Shown here: piece by piece, positions 18,712 through 28,264 of the stretch
Layout: every line of letters begins with the position of its first letter
Numbering within the stretch: position 1 is the stretch's first letter
Assembly (NCBI GenBank): GCA_018401675.1
Contig: JAGYKM010000004.1
Location: 34,491 to 98,490, forward strand
Length of the DNA stretch: 64,000 nucleotides
Origin: Alphaproteobacteria bacterium
GTDB lineage: Bacteria; Pseudomonadota; Alphaproteobacteria; 16-39-46
Direction: 5' to 3'
Notes under the pieces: model-generated
Told to the model about the DNA's origin: nothing
What the model saw: only the letters and a program-made list of their open reading frames with translations
Database searches by the model: none
Made by a program: the position numbers and the translations under genes

Positions 18712-20181
18712 CTAAGCACTATGGATGGCAAGGCCAAAGGCATGATGGATGGACTCCCCCATCATTTCTGAAAGGGTGGGGTGGGGAAAAATAACTTCCA
18801 TCAAGCCCTCTTCTGTCGCTTCAAGAGTGCGCGCAATAGCAAACCCTTGGACTAGCTCAGTCACCTCTGCCCCAATCATATGAGCCCCTAATAACTCGCC
18901 AGTTTTAGCATCAAATATCGTTTTTATGAGGCCCTCAGATTTGCCCAATGCCAGAGCCTTTCCATTGGCCTGAAATGGAAACTCACCCACCCTTACTTCG
19001 TACCCCATCTCTTTTGCCTTAGCTTCGGTCAAACCCACGCTCGCTACTTGAGGAGAGGAATAGATACATGACGGAATCAGCGTTACATCCAAAGGATCCA
19101 CACGCTCACCCATAAGATGGCGCACCAAAATAAGACCTTCGTGCGAGGCTTTATGAGCCAACCAAGGAGGGGTTGCCACATCACCAATGGCGAATACGGA
19201 CGGCTCATCTGTTTGAGAAAACCCAGAGGTCACTATATGACCCTTATGGGTTTTTACCTTTGTGTTCTCAAGGCCCAAATCTCCCGAATTAGCCTCAATC
19301 CCAATAGCAACTAATATCTTATCAGCCACAATCGTATGTGAGGTTTTTGGCTCTTTGGTGACCACTTCCACCTTTATCCGAGTGCCCTCTCGGGTGAAGT
19401 TCTCACAAGTAGACCCCTTATAGAAAGTTATCCCTTTTTTCTCAAAAGCTTTTTGAGCTAAGCTTGAAATCTCCGAATCTTCTTGAGGAAGAATCCGATC
19501 CATAAGCTCTACCACACTGGTTTTAGTTCCCAGGGCATTAAAAAAGCTGGCAAACTCCATGCCAATAGCACCCGACCCGATAACGACCAATGATTTAGGG
19601 AGATCTTCACAAAGCATAGCCTCTTTGGAGGACCAGAAAAAAGACTCTAAATTTTTTTCCTGGGGAAGAATTCTTGGTCTAGCCCCAGTGGCTATAACCA
19701 CATTTTTACTCGTAACGTTATGGACTTTTCCCTCTTTTGAAGTCACTTCTACTGTATGAGGATCCTTAAAACGTCCGTGCCCCTCTATAACGTGCACTTT
19801 GTTTTTCTTTAATAAAAATGTAACGCCTTGTTTAAGACCTTGGGATATTTTTCGAGACCGCGCCACCGCTTTTTTTAAATCGACTCGGGGCTTCCCGTCT
19901 ATCTCAATTCCAAAAGAATCTGATTCTTTTAATCCGTCATAAAGGTCAGCCGTCTTAAGAAGGGCTTTTGTGGGGATACATCCCCAGTTGAGACAAACGC
20001 CCCCCAAATCTTCTTTTTCAATCAATGCCGTTTTCATACCACTTTGGGCAGCCTTAATAGCCGAAACATACCCACCTGGGCCACCGCCAATCACCAAAAA
20101 ATCAAAGTCAAATTTTGATTCTGAGTATGTTGTCATTTTCATTATCTCCTTAAATATTGAGTAAACGGACAGGCGACTCAA
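18712..20181 (-). CDS. lpdA: Dihydrolipoyl dehydrogenase (E3)
   Basis: GGGPGGY FAD motif, redox-active CLNWGCIPTK, C-terminal interface HPTLSE. The likely start is MTTYSE at about 20136. Confidence 0.95.
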   Translation of the reverse strand: MSRLSVYSIFKEIMKMTTYSESKFDFDFLVIGGGPGGYVSAIKAAQSGMKTALIEKEDLGGVCLNWGCIPTKALLKTADLYDGLKESDSFGIEIDGKPRVDLKKAVARSRKISQGLKQGVTFLLKKNKVHVIEGHGRFKDPHTVEVTSKEGKVHNVTSKNVVIATGARPRILPQEKNLESFFWSSKEAMLCEDLPKSLVVIGSGAIGMEFASFFNALGTKTSVVELMDRILPQEDSEISSLAQKAFEKKGITFYKGSTCENFTREGTRIKVEVVTKEPKTSHTIVADKILVAIGIEANSGDLGLENTKVKTHKGHIVTSGFSQTDEPSVFAIGDVATPPWLAHKASHEGLILVRHLMGERVDPLDVTLIPSCIYSSPQVASVGLTEAKAKEMGYEVRVGEFPFQANGKALALGKSEGLIKTIFDAKTGELLGAHMIGAEVTELVQGFAIARTLEATEEGLMEVIFPHPTLSEMMGESIHHAFGLAIHSA

Positions 20182-21403
20182 TGTGCTTTTTTACCTCTTG
20201 CAAGAATCGCGCCGCTACCGCGCCATCAACCGCCCTATGGTCCACAGACAAAGTCAAAGACACTTGAGACATTTTGCTAATCTCTCCATGGATAACACCC
20301 ACTTTTTCTTGGGACGCGCCAATGGCCAAAATGCACGATTGGGGCGGATTGATAATAGCGCTAAAAGAAGAGACATCATACATCCCCATATTTGAGATGG
20401 TAAAAGACCCACCTTGATACTCATGAGGCGCCAACTTATTGTTTCGAGCTCGTTTTATGAGGTCTTTCATGTCAGCAGAAAGCTCACGTAAAGACTTTGT
20501 CTGGGCCTCTCTCACAATAGGGGTAATGAGGCCCCCATCAATAGATACTGCCACAGAAATATCTGAAGATCTGTACTGGCGTATCACAGTGTCATGCCAC
20601 GAAACGTTCGCCTCCGGAACCGCTTGAAGCCCCAAAGCACAGGCTTTAATAAAAAAATCATTTATGGAGAGCTTTTCGCCTGTTGCCGCTAACATCTCAT
20701 TAATCTGAGCCCGAGTCGTCAGCAAAGCATCCATGATAACGTCTGTGCTCACATAAAAGTGAGGAACGGTTTGTTTGGATTCAGTGAGCCTCTGGGCAAT
20801 CACTTTACGCATAGAAGACAAAGGCACTTCGATAAAGGCACTCTGGGATGACCCAGGCTGGGCCCTCTTTTGCCCCGACCCTTGCCCATGACCCACCACA
20901 TCTTTGCGTACAATGCGACCCCGTGGACCACTCCCCGAAATATCAGCTAAATCTAAGCCCTTCTCTTGGGCAATTCTCCGAGCCAAAGGACTCGCTTTAA
21001 TACGTTCTACTAAACCTTTTTGATCCTCATTTCGACGCTCACTTGGTCCATCACCTTGAATTGGCTCTTGGGTCCTTGTAAGAGATCCTACGTGAATTGT
21101 GGGTGAAGAGGTCACAACGGCAAGTTCAACTTTGGAAGGTTCATAGGACGTGCCGTCTTCACCTTCTTCAAAGATAACCGCGATCACTTCATTTACCAAT
21201 ACCGCTTGAGACCCTTCGGGAACCAGAATACGGCCCAAAATACCATCATCACAAGCTTCCAGCTCCATGGTAGCTTTATCGGTTTCAATTTCCGCAATAA
21301 GCTCTCCAGAAGAAACCTTGTCTCCTTCTTTTTTACACCACTTTACGAGGTTCCCCTCTTTCATCGTCGGTGACAAAGCAGGCATTAGAATTTCTATTGG
21401 CAT
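20150..21403 (-). CDS. pdhC: Pyruvate dehydrogenase E2 dihydrolipoamide acetyltransferase
   Basis: Lipoyl domain (IETDKATMELEA), E3-binding domain, catalytic DHRAVDGA. Confidence 0.95.
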   Translation of the reverse strand: MPIEILMPALSPTMKEGNLVKWCKKEGDKVSSGELIAEIETDKATMELEACDDGILGRILVPEGSQAVLVNEVIAVIFEEGEDGTSYEPSKVELAVVTSSPTIHVGSLTRTQEPIQGDGPSERRNEDQKGLVERIKASPLARRIAQEKGLDLADISGSGPRGRIVRKDVVGHGQGSGQKRAQPGSSQSAFIEVPLSSMRKVIAQRLTESKQTVPHFYVSTDVIMDALLTTRAQINEMLAATGEKLSINDFFIKACALGLQAVPEANVSWHDTVIRQYRSSDISVAVSIDGGLITPIVREAQTKSLRELSADMKDLIKRARNNKLAPHEYQGGSFTISNMGMYDVSSFSAIINPPQSCILAIGASQEKVGVIHGEISKMSQVSLTLSVDHRAVDGAVAARFLQEVKKHIESPVRLLNI

Positions 21404-21530
21404 TTATATCTATCTCCCTATCCGTATAAGAAAAATGTCATCAGGGTATGAAGCGGTTACGATGGGCCCCAAGATACCAGTTGAAGCATCTAAAAGAAAG
21501 CTCTCTTCCTCAAAGATTCGCTGCTCTTGT

Positions 21531-22517
21531 TCAAAGACAAATGGAACGCACCGCTGCCACAATATCATGAGCCTTGGGAAGGGCCAGGCGTTCTAGATTA
21601 GCCGCATAGGGCAAAGGCACGTCTTTACTGGCAATGCGCAACACGGGAGCATCTAGATCGTCAAAGGCCCTATCCATTAATTGAGTGCAAATCTCCGAAC
21701 CCACACCAGCAAAAGGAAAGCCCTCTTCTGCGGTTACACACCGATGGGTCTTTCGTACCGATTCCAAAATAGTATCCATGTCTAAAGGCCTTATAGAGCG
21801 CAAGTTAATCACCTCCGCCTCTATATTTTCTTGAGCCAAAATCTCAGCTGCCTCCAAGGCATGACCCACCATAATTGAAAAAGCTACTATGGTAACATCT
21901 TTTCCCGAACGCATGACTTTTGCTTTGCCCAACGGCAACACGAAATCTTCCTCTTCGGGAGCTGCAAAGGACTGACCATAAAGCAACTCATTTTCTAAAA
22001 AAATAACCGGATTGGGATCTCGAATTGAGGCCTTCAACAACCCTTTAGCATCCCGTGCGTCATAAGGCGAAACTACTTTTAGTCCTGGGCAATGTGCATA
22101 CCAACTGGCCAAACATTGAGAATGTTGTGCTCCCACCCGGGACGCAGGTCCATTAGGCCCACGAAACACCATGGGACATCCCATCTGTCCACCGGACATA
22201 TATAAAGTTTTGGCAGCCGAATTGATAATCTGATCAATAGCCTGAAGAGAAAAGTTAAAAGTCATAAATTCCACAATAGGCCGTAGCCCTCCAAAGGCTG
22301 CGCCTACCCCAAGTCCTGCAAACCCCTCTTCAGTAATAGGGGTGTCTATTACCCGCTTAGGACCAAAATGATCAAGCAGACCCTTACTCACTTTATAAGC
22401 CCCTTGGTATTGAGCCACCTCTTCTCCCATTAAAAACACTCTAGAGTCGCGCTCCATCTCTTCACACATAGCCTCATTTAAGGCCTCTCGCACGGTCATC
22501 ATTTTTCTGTCATTCAT
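21531..22517 (-). CDS. pdhB: Pyruvate dehydrogenase E1 beta subunit
   Basis: Transketolase-like pyrimidine-binding and C-terminal domains. 328 aa. Confidence 0.95.
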   Translation of the reverse strand: MNDRKMMTVREALNEAMCEEMERDSRVFLMGEEVAQYQGAYKVSKGLLDHFGPKRVIDTPITEEGFAGLGVGAAFGGLRPIVEFMTFNFSLQAIDQIINSAAKTLYMSGGQMGCPMVFRGPNGPASRVGAQHSQCLASWYAHCPGLKVVSPYDARDAKGLLKASIRDPNPVIFLENELLYGQSFAAPEEEDFVLPLGKAKVMRSGKDVTIVAFSIMVGHALEAAEILAQENIEAEVINLRSIRPLDMDTILESVRKTHRCVTAEEGFPFAGVGSEICTQLMDRAFDDLDAPVLRIASKDVPLPYAANLERLALPKAHDIVAAVRSICL

Positions 22518-22567
22518 TGGGAATCACCATTCTAATTAATTGCCAAAAATCCACTCATCCAAATTTC

Positions 22568-23626
22568 TTAGGCCAAGGTTTCACAGTATATATCTGTCAT
22601 AAGCTCAGAAGGATCGGGTTCGGGGCTTTCTTTAGCAAATTTGACGGCCTCATCAATCTCCCCTTTGACCTCTTTAATAATTTGAGTCAAAGCTTGTTCC
22701 GTGCCCCCTTCGCTCAAAATGAGCTCTTCAAGCTTCTTTATAGCATCCTGGTCCGTTCTCACCATGTCCACCTCTTCCTTACTACGATAAGTAGCAGGAT
22801 CTGACATAGAATGGCCGCGGTATCGATAACATTTGGCCTCAATGATAAATGGGCCTTTCCCAGAGCGCACATAGGCAGACGCCTCTAAGGCCGCTTGACG
22901 AACTGCCACATAATCCATTCCGTCCACCTGGATCCCAGGAATACCTTGAGCCGCACCTCGAGTATATAATTGAGGAATCGCTGTATGCCGGTCTATAGCC
23001 GTCCCCATAGAGTACTGGTTATTTTCAATGACGTACAAAACAGGAAGTTTCCACAAAGACGCCATATTGAAAGCCTCAAAAACTTGGCCCTGATTAGCCG
23101 CCCCGTCACCCATATAGGTAAAACAAATACCCCCATCTTCTTTATACTGATGGGATAAAGCCAGCCCTGTACCTAAAGGGACTTGAGCTCCCACAATACC
23201 ATGGCCTCCGTAGAACTTCTTCTCCACGGAAAACATATGCATACTACCGCCCTTACCCTTGGAATAACCCCCGGACCTTCCCGTTAATTCCGCCATAACG
23301 CCTGCCGAAGACATGCCCACCGCCAACATGTGGCCGTGATCCCGATAGGCGGTAATAATGGTATCTTGGGGTTTCACGGCTTCTTGAAAGCCTGTCACCA
23401 CCGCTTCTTGTCCAATATACATATGACAAAAGCCCCCAATCAGACCCATGCCATAAAGCTGACCGGCTTTTTCTTCAAATCGCCGAATCAGATACATCAT
23501 GCGAAAAGCACTATACAGATTATCCAAGGAAGGAATGTCCATAGAGAAGACGCCCAAGGGCTCTTCTAATTTATCCAAAAGCTCCCGAATAAAAGAATAC
23601 TGAATGGTCATAACCAAACTCCACAA
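22568..23626 (-). CDS. pdhA: Pyruvate dehydrogenase E1 alpha subunit
   Basis: TPP-binding GDGA..NQG motif and phosphorylation-loop-like YRYRGHSMSDP. Confidence 0.9.
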   Translation of the reverse strand: MWSLVMTIQYSFIRELLDKLEEPLGVFSMDIPSLDNLYSAFRMMYLIRRFEEKAGQLYGMGLIGGFCHMYIGQEAVVTGFQEAVKPQDTIITAYRDHGHMLAVGMSSAGVMAELTGRSGGYSKGKGGSMHMFSVEKKFYGGHGIVGAQVPLGTGLALSHQYKEDGGICFTYMGDGAANQGQVFEAFNMASLWKLPVLYVIENNQYSMGTAIDRHTAIPQLYTRGAAQGIPGIQVDGMDYVAVRQAALEASAYVRSGKGPFIIEAKCYRYRGHSMSDPATYRSKEEVDMVRTDQDAIKKLEELILSEGGTEQALTQIIKEVKGEIDEAVKFAKESPEPDPSELMTDIYCETLA

Positions 23627-23787
23627 TAACTCTCTAAACTTGCACAGGAAAGACGCTCATCCTTACTTTAGCTGACTTATCCCAAGGATCGTTCACCTCT
23701 CCGTGTAGCTCGAAATCGACTTATTTGCAAGGCCAGAATGGACATGAGCACCCTTCAGGAGAGACTGAGATCCACATAGGTAACTGT

Positions 23788-23819
23788 TTCTCCATAGGGA
23801 AACAGTTACCGTTACAGAG
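23788..23819. other. Perfect 12-bp-stem hairpin (ggtaactgtttc-tccatagg-gaaacagttacc) in the pdhA upstream / MbtH downstream intergenic region
   Basis: Seen directly in the sequence. No flanking U-tract on either strand, so it is not a canonical terminator. Confidence 0.3.
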
Positions 23820-23955
23820 CATAGGAAGCTTTTGATTTGTGAAACCATGATTTACGAATATTACGATTTTTTTTGAGTTCCAAAAAGAGTATGTCGTAAG
23901 GTTGTTTTTAATCTCCTTAGATTCTTCCAGACTCCTTCACACCCAGAACCCTTGC

Positions 23956-24147
23956 TCATTTTAGCTCAGGGTTTAGCTCTTTCAAGGTCATATCTTTCCA
24001 ATTTAATTCGATATACTGGAGACACTGATCTTTGGTTCCCGAGAACCCTACTTCTTCCCACCCCCAAGGAATCTTTCTGCTTGTAGACCAAAGTGAGTAG
24101 TCTCCTTCCAAGCTTTTAACAACGCTCCATCCCTCGAGTTCTTTCAT
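23956..24147 (-). CDS. MbtH-like protein (NRPS adenylation-domain chaperone)
   Basis: 63 aa with YSLWST..KIPWGWEEV...QCLQYIELNWKDM: the conserved Trp pattern of the MbtH family. Confidence 0.8.
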   Translation of the reverse strand: MKELEGWSVVKSLEGDYSLWSTSRKIPWGWEEVGFSGTKDQCLQYIELNWKDMTLKELNPELK

Positions 24148-24311
24148 CTCTTGGCGCCTTCTCTTAATGTAAAACCATCTTAATTATCGTGGGACAAAGA
24201 AGTCATCAGCAATGTTTCTCTTCCGAAGCCCTCAAAAAAGTGATACTCTTCTCTCTATTATCAGAGGGTGATCGTCTTTTTTGGTAATTTCTCATTTTTG
24301 AACATCATCTT

Positions 24312-25187
24312 ATGTCTATTGCATTAAAGGTGGATTCTATGCACAGAGCAGCCGATAAATCAAGTTTGGAGAAGCAGTTACGCCATTTAGATATAAAAAA
24401 AATTATTTCCTATAGCGCTGATGACCATAAAACCTGGGAGAGACTTTATACCCTCCAGACTGAAAACCTAAAAGATCTTGCCCATCCTCGATTTTTAAAA
24501 AATCTTTCTGATCTCACTTTACCGCAAAATCAGATCCCCCAGCTCGAAGAAATCTCAAAGACGCTCTTTAAAAAAGCGGGATGGCGTATAGCAGAAGTTA
24601 CTGGATTAATTGATGGGGACGATTTTTTTGGACTTCTTTCCCAGCGTGTTTTTCCGTCCACGACATATTTGAGAAATTCGAGTGAACTTTTTATATCACG
24701 AGACCCAGATATTTTTCACGAATTGTTTGGCCACTGTCCTTTTCTACTCGATAAACGTCACGCCCTTCTATTCGAAAAATTTGGGCACCATGGCTTAAAA
24801 TTAGACAAAGTACAACGCCAATTTCTCCAACGCCTCTTTTGGTTTACCTTTGAAACAGGGTTAATTTTAGAATCCCAAAAATTGAAAATATACGGCGGCA
24901 GTCTCCTCTCTTCTATTAAAGAATCCTCCTTTTCTCTAAAAAGCCATAAGGTAAAACGTCCACTGTTCAACACTGTTCAAATTTTTAGAACTCCCTATAG
25001 AGCGGATATACTTCAAAATATTTATTATGTTCTCAAAGATTTCTCAACGCTTGATGGGCTCCTTGATGATCTTGATTTGCTAAAAAGAAAAATGGAGATT
25101 GCCTATGATTTGGGAGAATTTCCTCCCTCGTTTTCCTTAGACAAAACTCAGTCTCGCTACACAAATATTAATATAGAATCTTTATAA
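24312..25187 (+). CDS. phhA: Aromatic amino-acid hydroxylase (phenylalanine-4-hydroxylase-like, non-haem Fe / tetrahydropterin dependent)
   Basis: Iron-binding DIFHELFGHCPFL (H-x4-H), YGGSLLSS, and RTPY...QNIYYVLKDFSTL C-terminus. Confidence 0.85.
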   Translation: MSIALKVDSMHRAADKSSLEKQLRHLDIKKIISYSADDHKTWERLYTLQTENLKDLAHPRFLKNLSDLTLPQNQIPQLEEISKTLFKKAGWRIAEVTGLIDGDDFFGLLSQRVFPSTTYLRNSSELFISRDPDIFHELFGHCPFLLDKRHALLFEKFGHHGLKLDKVQRQFLQRLFWFTFETGLILESQKLKIYGGSLLSSIKESSFSLKSHKVKRPLFNTVQIFRTPYRADILQNIYYVLKDFSTLDGLLDDLDLLKRKMEIAYDLGEFPPSFSLDKTQSRYTNINIESL

Positions 25188-25200
25188 GAAGGAAATTAAA

Positions 25201-25548
25201 ATGAACAGTGCTTCCTCCTCCCTATTATTCAACAAAACTTGCAAGCCCTGCCAAGGGGAAGAGAGCCCTCTAGAGGATGTGCTGAGCAATGCTTTACTTC
25301 AAGGACTAGACCCCCTGTGGACAATAAATTCTGCGGGTCATCTCCAGAAAAAATATATCTTTCGGGATTTTGTCTGTGCTATGCACTTTGCTAATCAAAT
25401 TACTCTTCTGGCCGAAGCAGAAAATCATCACCCCGATATAAAAATTTCTTTTGGGAGTTGTGAAATTGAACTATGGACTCACAAGATCAATGGACTCTCA
25501 GAAAGTGATTTTATTTTAGCAGCGAAGATAGATCTTTTACCTCTTTGA
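25201..25548 (+). CDS. phhB: Pterin-4-alpha-carbinolamine dehydratase
   Basis: AENHHPDIKISFGSCEIELWTH (E-x-HHP motif). 115 aa. Lies 14 nt after phhA. Confidence 0.85.
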   Translation: MNSASSSLLFNKTCKPCQGEESPLEDVLSNALLQGLDPLWTINSAGHLQKKYIFRDFVCAMHFANQITLLAEAENHHPDIKISFGSCEIELWTHKINGLSESDFILAAKIDLLPL

Positions 25549-25807
25549 TCTGCATTTCCATACGACCTCTTGATTTTAGACTGCACCCAGCGACATACTG
25601 TCTTAAATAAAAGGCGATTTAAAAACTCTTATGCGCACAAGAACCCATCATCAATTTTACAGTAAAAACAGCTTGTATCAAAAACTATGGAATGCCGGGT
25701 CTGATGGAGCTCTTCAGTCCTATCAGACAGAAAATACTTAGATAATTCTCTATTGAATTACCGTAAACTTATTATATTCATGGCCTACTTTTGGATTATT
25801 TTACTAT

Positions 25808-28264
25808 ATGACTAACCCAACATACAGCGGAAAACAAATTAAGCACCCCGAAGCTCTTGTAGCTCCTGTGAGACTATTGACCCACGAATTTTTTGAACAA
25901 CAGGCTCAAAAAAACCCGGATAACACTGCCCTTTTTTTTAATACAGACTCGTTAACCTATGCTCAACTCAATGAGCGCTCAAACCACCTGGCTCACTACT
26001 TAACCAGTTTGGGAATTAAAGCAGAGGATCGAGTGGCTCTAGTCTTGGATCCTTCTTTTGAACTGCTCATCAGCATATTTGCCGTTCTTAAAGCTGGGGC
26101 TGCTTATGTTCCCATAGATCCAACAACTCCCCTAAAAAGAATCGAATTTATTCTCAAAGACACCTCAGCGCGGATCCTCCTTATAAGTCCTGGGTATAAA
26201 AACATCTTCAAGAAGCACGCTATCCACATTTTGGCCCTGTCTTTTAATTCATCTATGAAAACGCTCTTTGGATGGGAAAAACCCTTTAGCTCTCCAGTCT
26301 TTTTACGAACTCCTTTGAATCTAAATGAAATATTCGGCGCCACCAATCTTCACATAGACATTCTTCCCAGACAGCTTGCTTATATAATTTATACCTCCGG
26401 GTCTAGCGGCACCCCAAAAGGGGTGTGTATAGAGCACGCATCCTTAGCCAACTATTTACTTCATATAAGAGATAATTGCTCTTTTACTGAGGGAGGGTCT
26501 CTTCTGCACTCGTCAGTCGCTTTTGATATGAGTGTTACCTCTTTATTTCTAAATCTTATACAGGGGAATTCCCTTTATATACTCTCAAAGACCCAGACCC
26601 CTCTAGAATCACTCTCCGTTTTCTTAGAACAAAATAAACTAAACGCTCTCAAACTTACCCCATCCCACCTAAAAGCTTTTAAAAAATCTCTTTCTATTAA
26701 GGCGTCCCTTGTACCCAAGGGATCTTTGTTTCTAGGTGGGGAATCGCTTTCATGGGAGGATATCGATAGTTTTTTTTCGTCATCAGATTTGTCTGTTATG
26801 TCTATTTTTAATCACTATGGGCCAACGGAAGCCTGTGTGGGATGCTGCATTTTTCCAATACCACCTCACCATAGGAGGCATTCTTCAACAGTCCCCATTG
26901 GAAAACCAATTTCAAATACCCATATATACCTACTCACTGTTGCCATGGATCCAGTAGGAAATGGTGAAACCGGAGAGCTCTATATCGGAGGAGCCGGTTT
27001 AGCACGCGGGTATTTAAATCAACCTTCCCTCACTGCTGAAAGGTTTGTCCCAAATCCTTTTCTTCTCAAAGAAAACTTCCAGAGCCATAAGAATCCTCAG
27101 TCTTTAAGACTCTACCGGACTGGTGATCTGGGACGCTATTTACCTGATGGTACCATTGAACTTCTGGGCAGAACAGATGAGCAGATAAAAATAAAGGGGT
27201 ATAGAATTGAGTGTGGAGAAGTAGAAAAGTACTTAAACACTCACTCAAAGATTCTCACTTCTGCGGTTTTCTCCTGGAAAGATCCCTCCGGTATAAATAA
27301 ACTTGTCACTTATCTGGTTCCCACTATTAGAGAGACAAATAAGATAAGAAAAAAAAATGCCTCTTCCTTGGGAAATAAGGTTCCCATACTTAGGGGACCA
27401 ACTTTGGCTGCTTTATCGGAAACCTTACGAAAGCATGTAGAAAAATCCCTTCCCTCTTATATGGTGCCTTCTTATTTCATTTTCACTGAGTCAATTCCTC
27501 TAACAACCAACGGAAAAATTGATAAAAAAGATCTGCACGAGCATATCTCACTAGCTACCTCCAGTCCCTCAAGGGGTGAAGAGCCCGATTCTCATATCGA
27601 AAAGAAATTATCCATTATCTGGTCTTCTGTTTTTAACCTTCCCTCTATAGGAATGCATACCAATTTCTTTAGCTTAGGCGGCGATTCCATCATTAGTTTG
27701 CAACTCATTGCCCAAGCAAAAACTCAAGGAATTTTGTTCTCAGCTATGGATGTACTTAGTTATCCCACAATTGCCGCCTTGAGTCGTGTGTCCCGTCTTA
27801 CACTACCCCCCTCTCCACAACGACTGGTCCCTTGCAGCCCTCATGGCTCCTTTCCTTTGACACCTATTCAGAGTTGGTTCTTCAAAAGAAATTTGCGCAA
27901 TATAAATCATTACAATCAAGCGGTTTATCTTAATCTCTCGCCCGGGTGTAATTTGACTTTTATCCACAAAGCCTTTGAGCTCATCATTGAGGCTCACCCC
28001 ATCCTCCAATGTAAGTATAAACCAAAGACTCCTGGGACTTGGGATCAACAACTTAACCCATCGGAAGGTACAGTTTTCTCTTGGAAGGTAATTGATCTGA
28101 GCAATCTGTCTTCCTCTGATAGCAACATTCATATAGAGAAATTAACGCCCTCTTATCAGGCTAGCTTAAATATTGCAGAAGGCCCTTTACTGTCAGTCGT
28201 TGCTTTTAATCTGGGATCTAAAGAGCCTCCGTTTACTGATTATTATTCATCACCTGGTTATTGA
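25808..28264 (+). CDS. NRPS fragment 1: adenylation domain 1, thiolation domain 1, N-terminal part of an epimerisation domain (loading module with no starter C domain)
   Basis: A-domain core motifs YTSGSSGTPKGV, NHYGPTE, GELYIGGAGLARGY, YRTGDL, GRTDEQIKIKGYRIE, NGKIDKK. T motif FFSLGGDSI. Then PLTPIQSWFF. The ORF ends at 28264 but continues in the +1 frame. Confidence 0.85.
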   Translation: MTNPTYSGKQIKHPEALVAPVRLLTHEFFEQQAQKNPDNTALFFNTDSLTYAQLNERSNHLAHYLTSLGIKAEDRVALVLDPSFELLISIFAVLKAGAAYVPIDPTTPLKRIEFILKDTSARILLISPGYKNIFKKHAIHILALSFNSSMKTLFGWEKPFSSPVFLRTPLNLNEIFGATNLHIDILPRQLAYIIYTSGSSGTPKGVCIEHASLANYLLHIRDNCSFTEGGSLLHSSVAFDMSVTSLFLNLIQGNSLYILSKTQTPLESLSVFLEQNKLNALKLTPSHLKAFKKSLSIKASLVPKGSLFLGGESLSWEDIDSFFSSSDLSVMSIFNHYGPTEACVGCCIFPIPPHHRRHSSTVPIGKPISNTHIYLLTVAMDPVGNGETGELYIGGAGLARGYLNQPSLTAERFVPNPFLLKENFQSHKNPQSLRLYRTGDLGRYLPDGTIELLGRTDEQIKIKGYRIECGEVEKYLNTHSKILTSAVFSWKDPSGINKLVTYLVPTIRETNKIRKKNASSLGNKVPILRGPTLAALSETLRKHVEKSLPSYMVPSYFIFTESIPLTTNGKIDKKDLHEHISLATSSPSRGEEPDSHIEKKLSIIWSSVFNLPSIGMHTNFFSLGGDSIISLQLIAQAKTQGILFSAMDVLSYPTIAALSRVSRLTLPPSPQRLVPCSPHGSFPLTPIQSWFFKRNLRNINHYNQAVYLNLSPGCNLTFIHKAFELIIEAHPILQCKYKPKTPGTWDQQLNPSEGTVFSWKVIDLSNLSSSDSNIHIEKLTPSYQASLNIAEGPLLSVVAFNLGSKEPPFTDYYSSPGY

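Noticed and set aside
23700-23830. TPP riboswitch in the pdhA leader (because of a ctgaga motif)
   Set aside because: The surrounding sequence lacks the TPP aptamer consensus, and pdhA is not a known TPP-riboswitch target.
24961-24980. 10-bp direct tandem repeat cactgttcaa x2 inside phhA
   Set aside because: The reading frame downstream still matches the conserved PhhA C-terminus, so it is not a disruptive indel. Probably coincidental.
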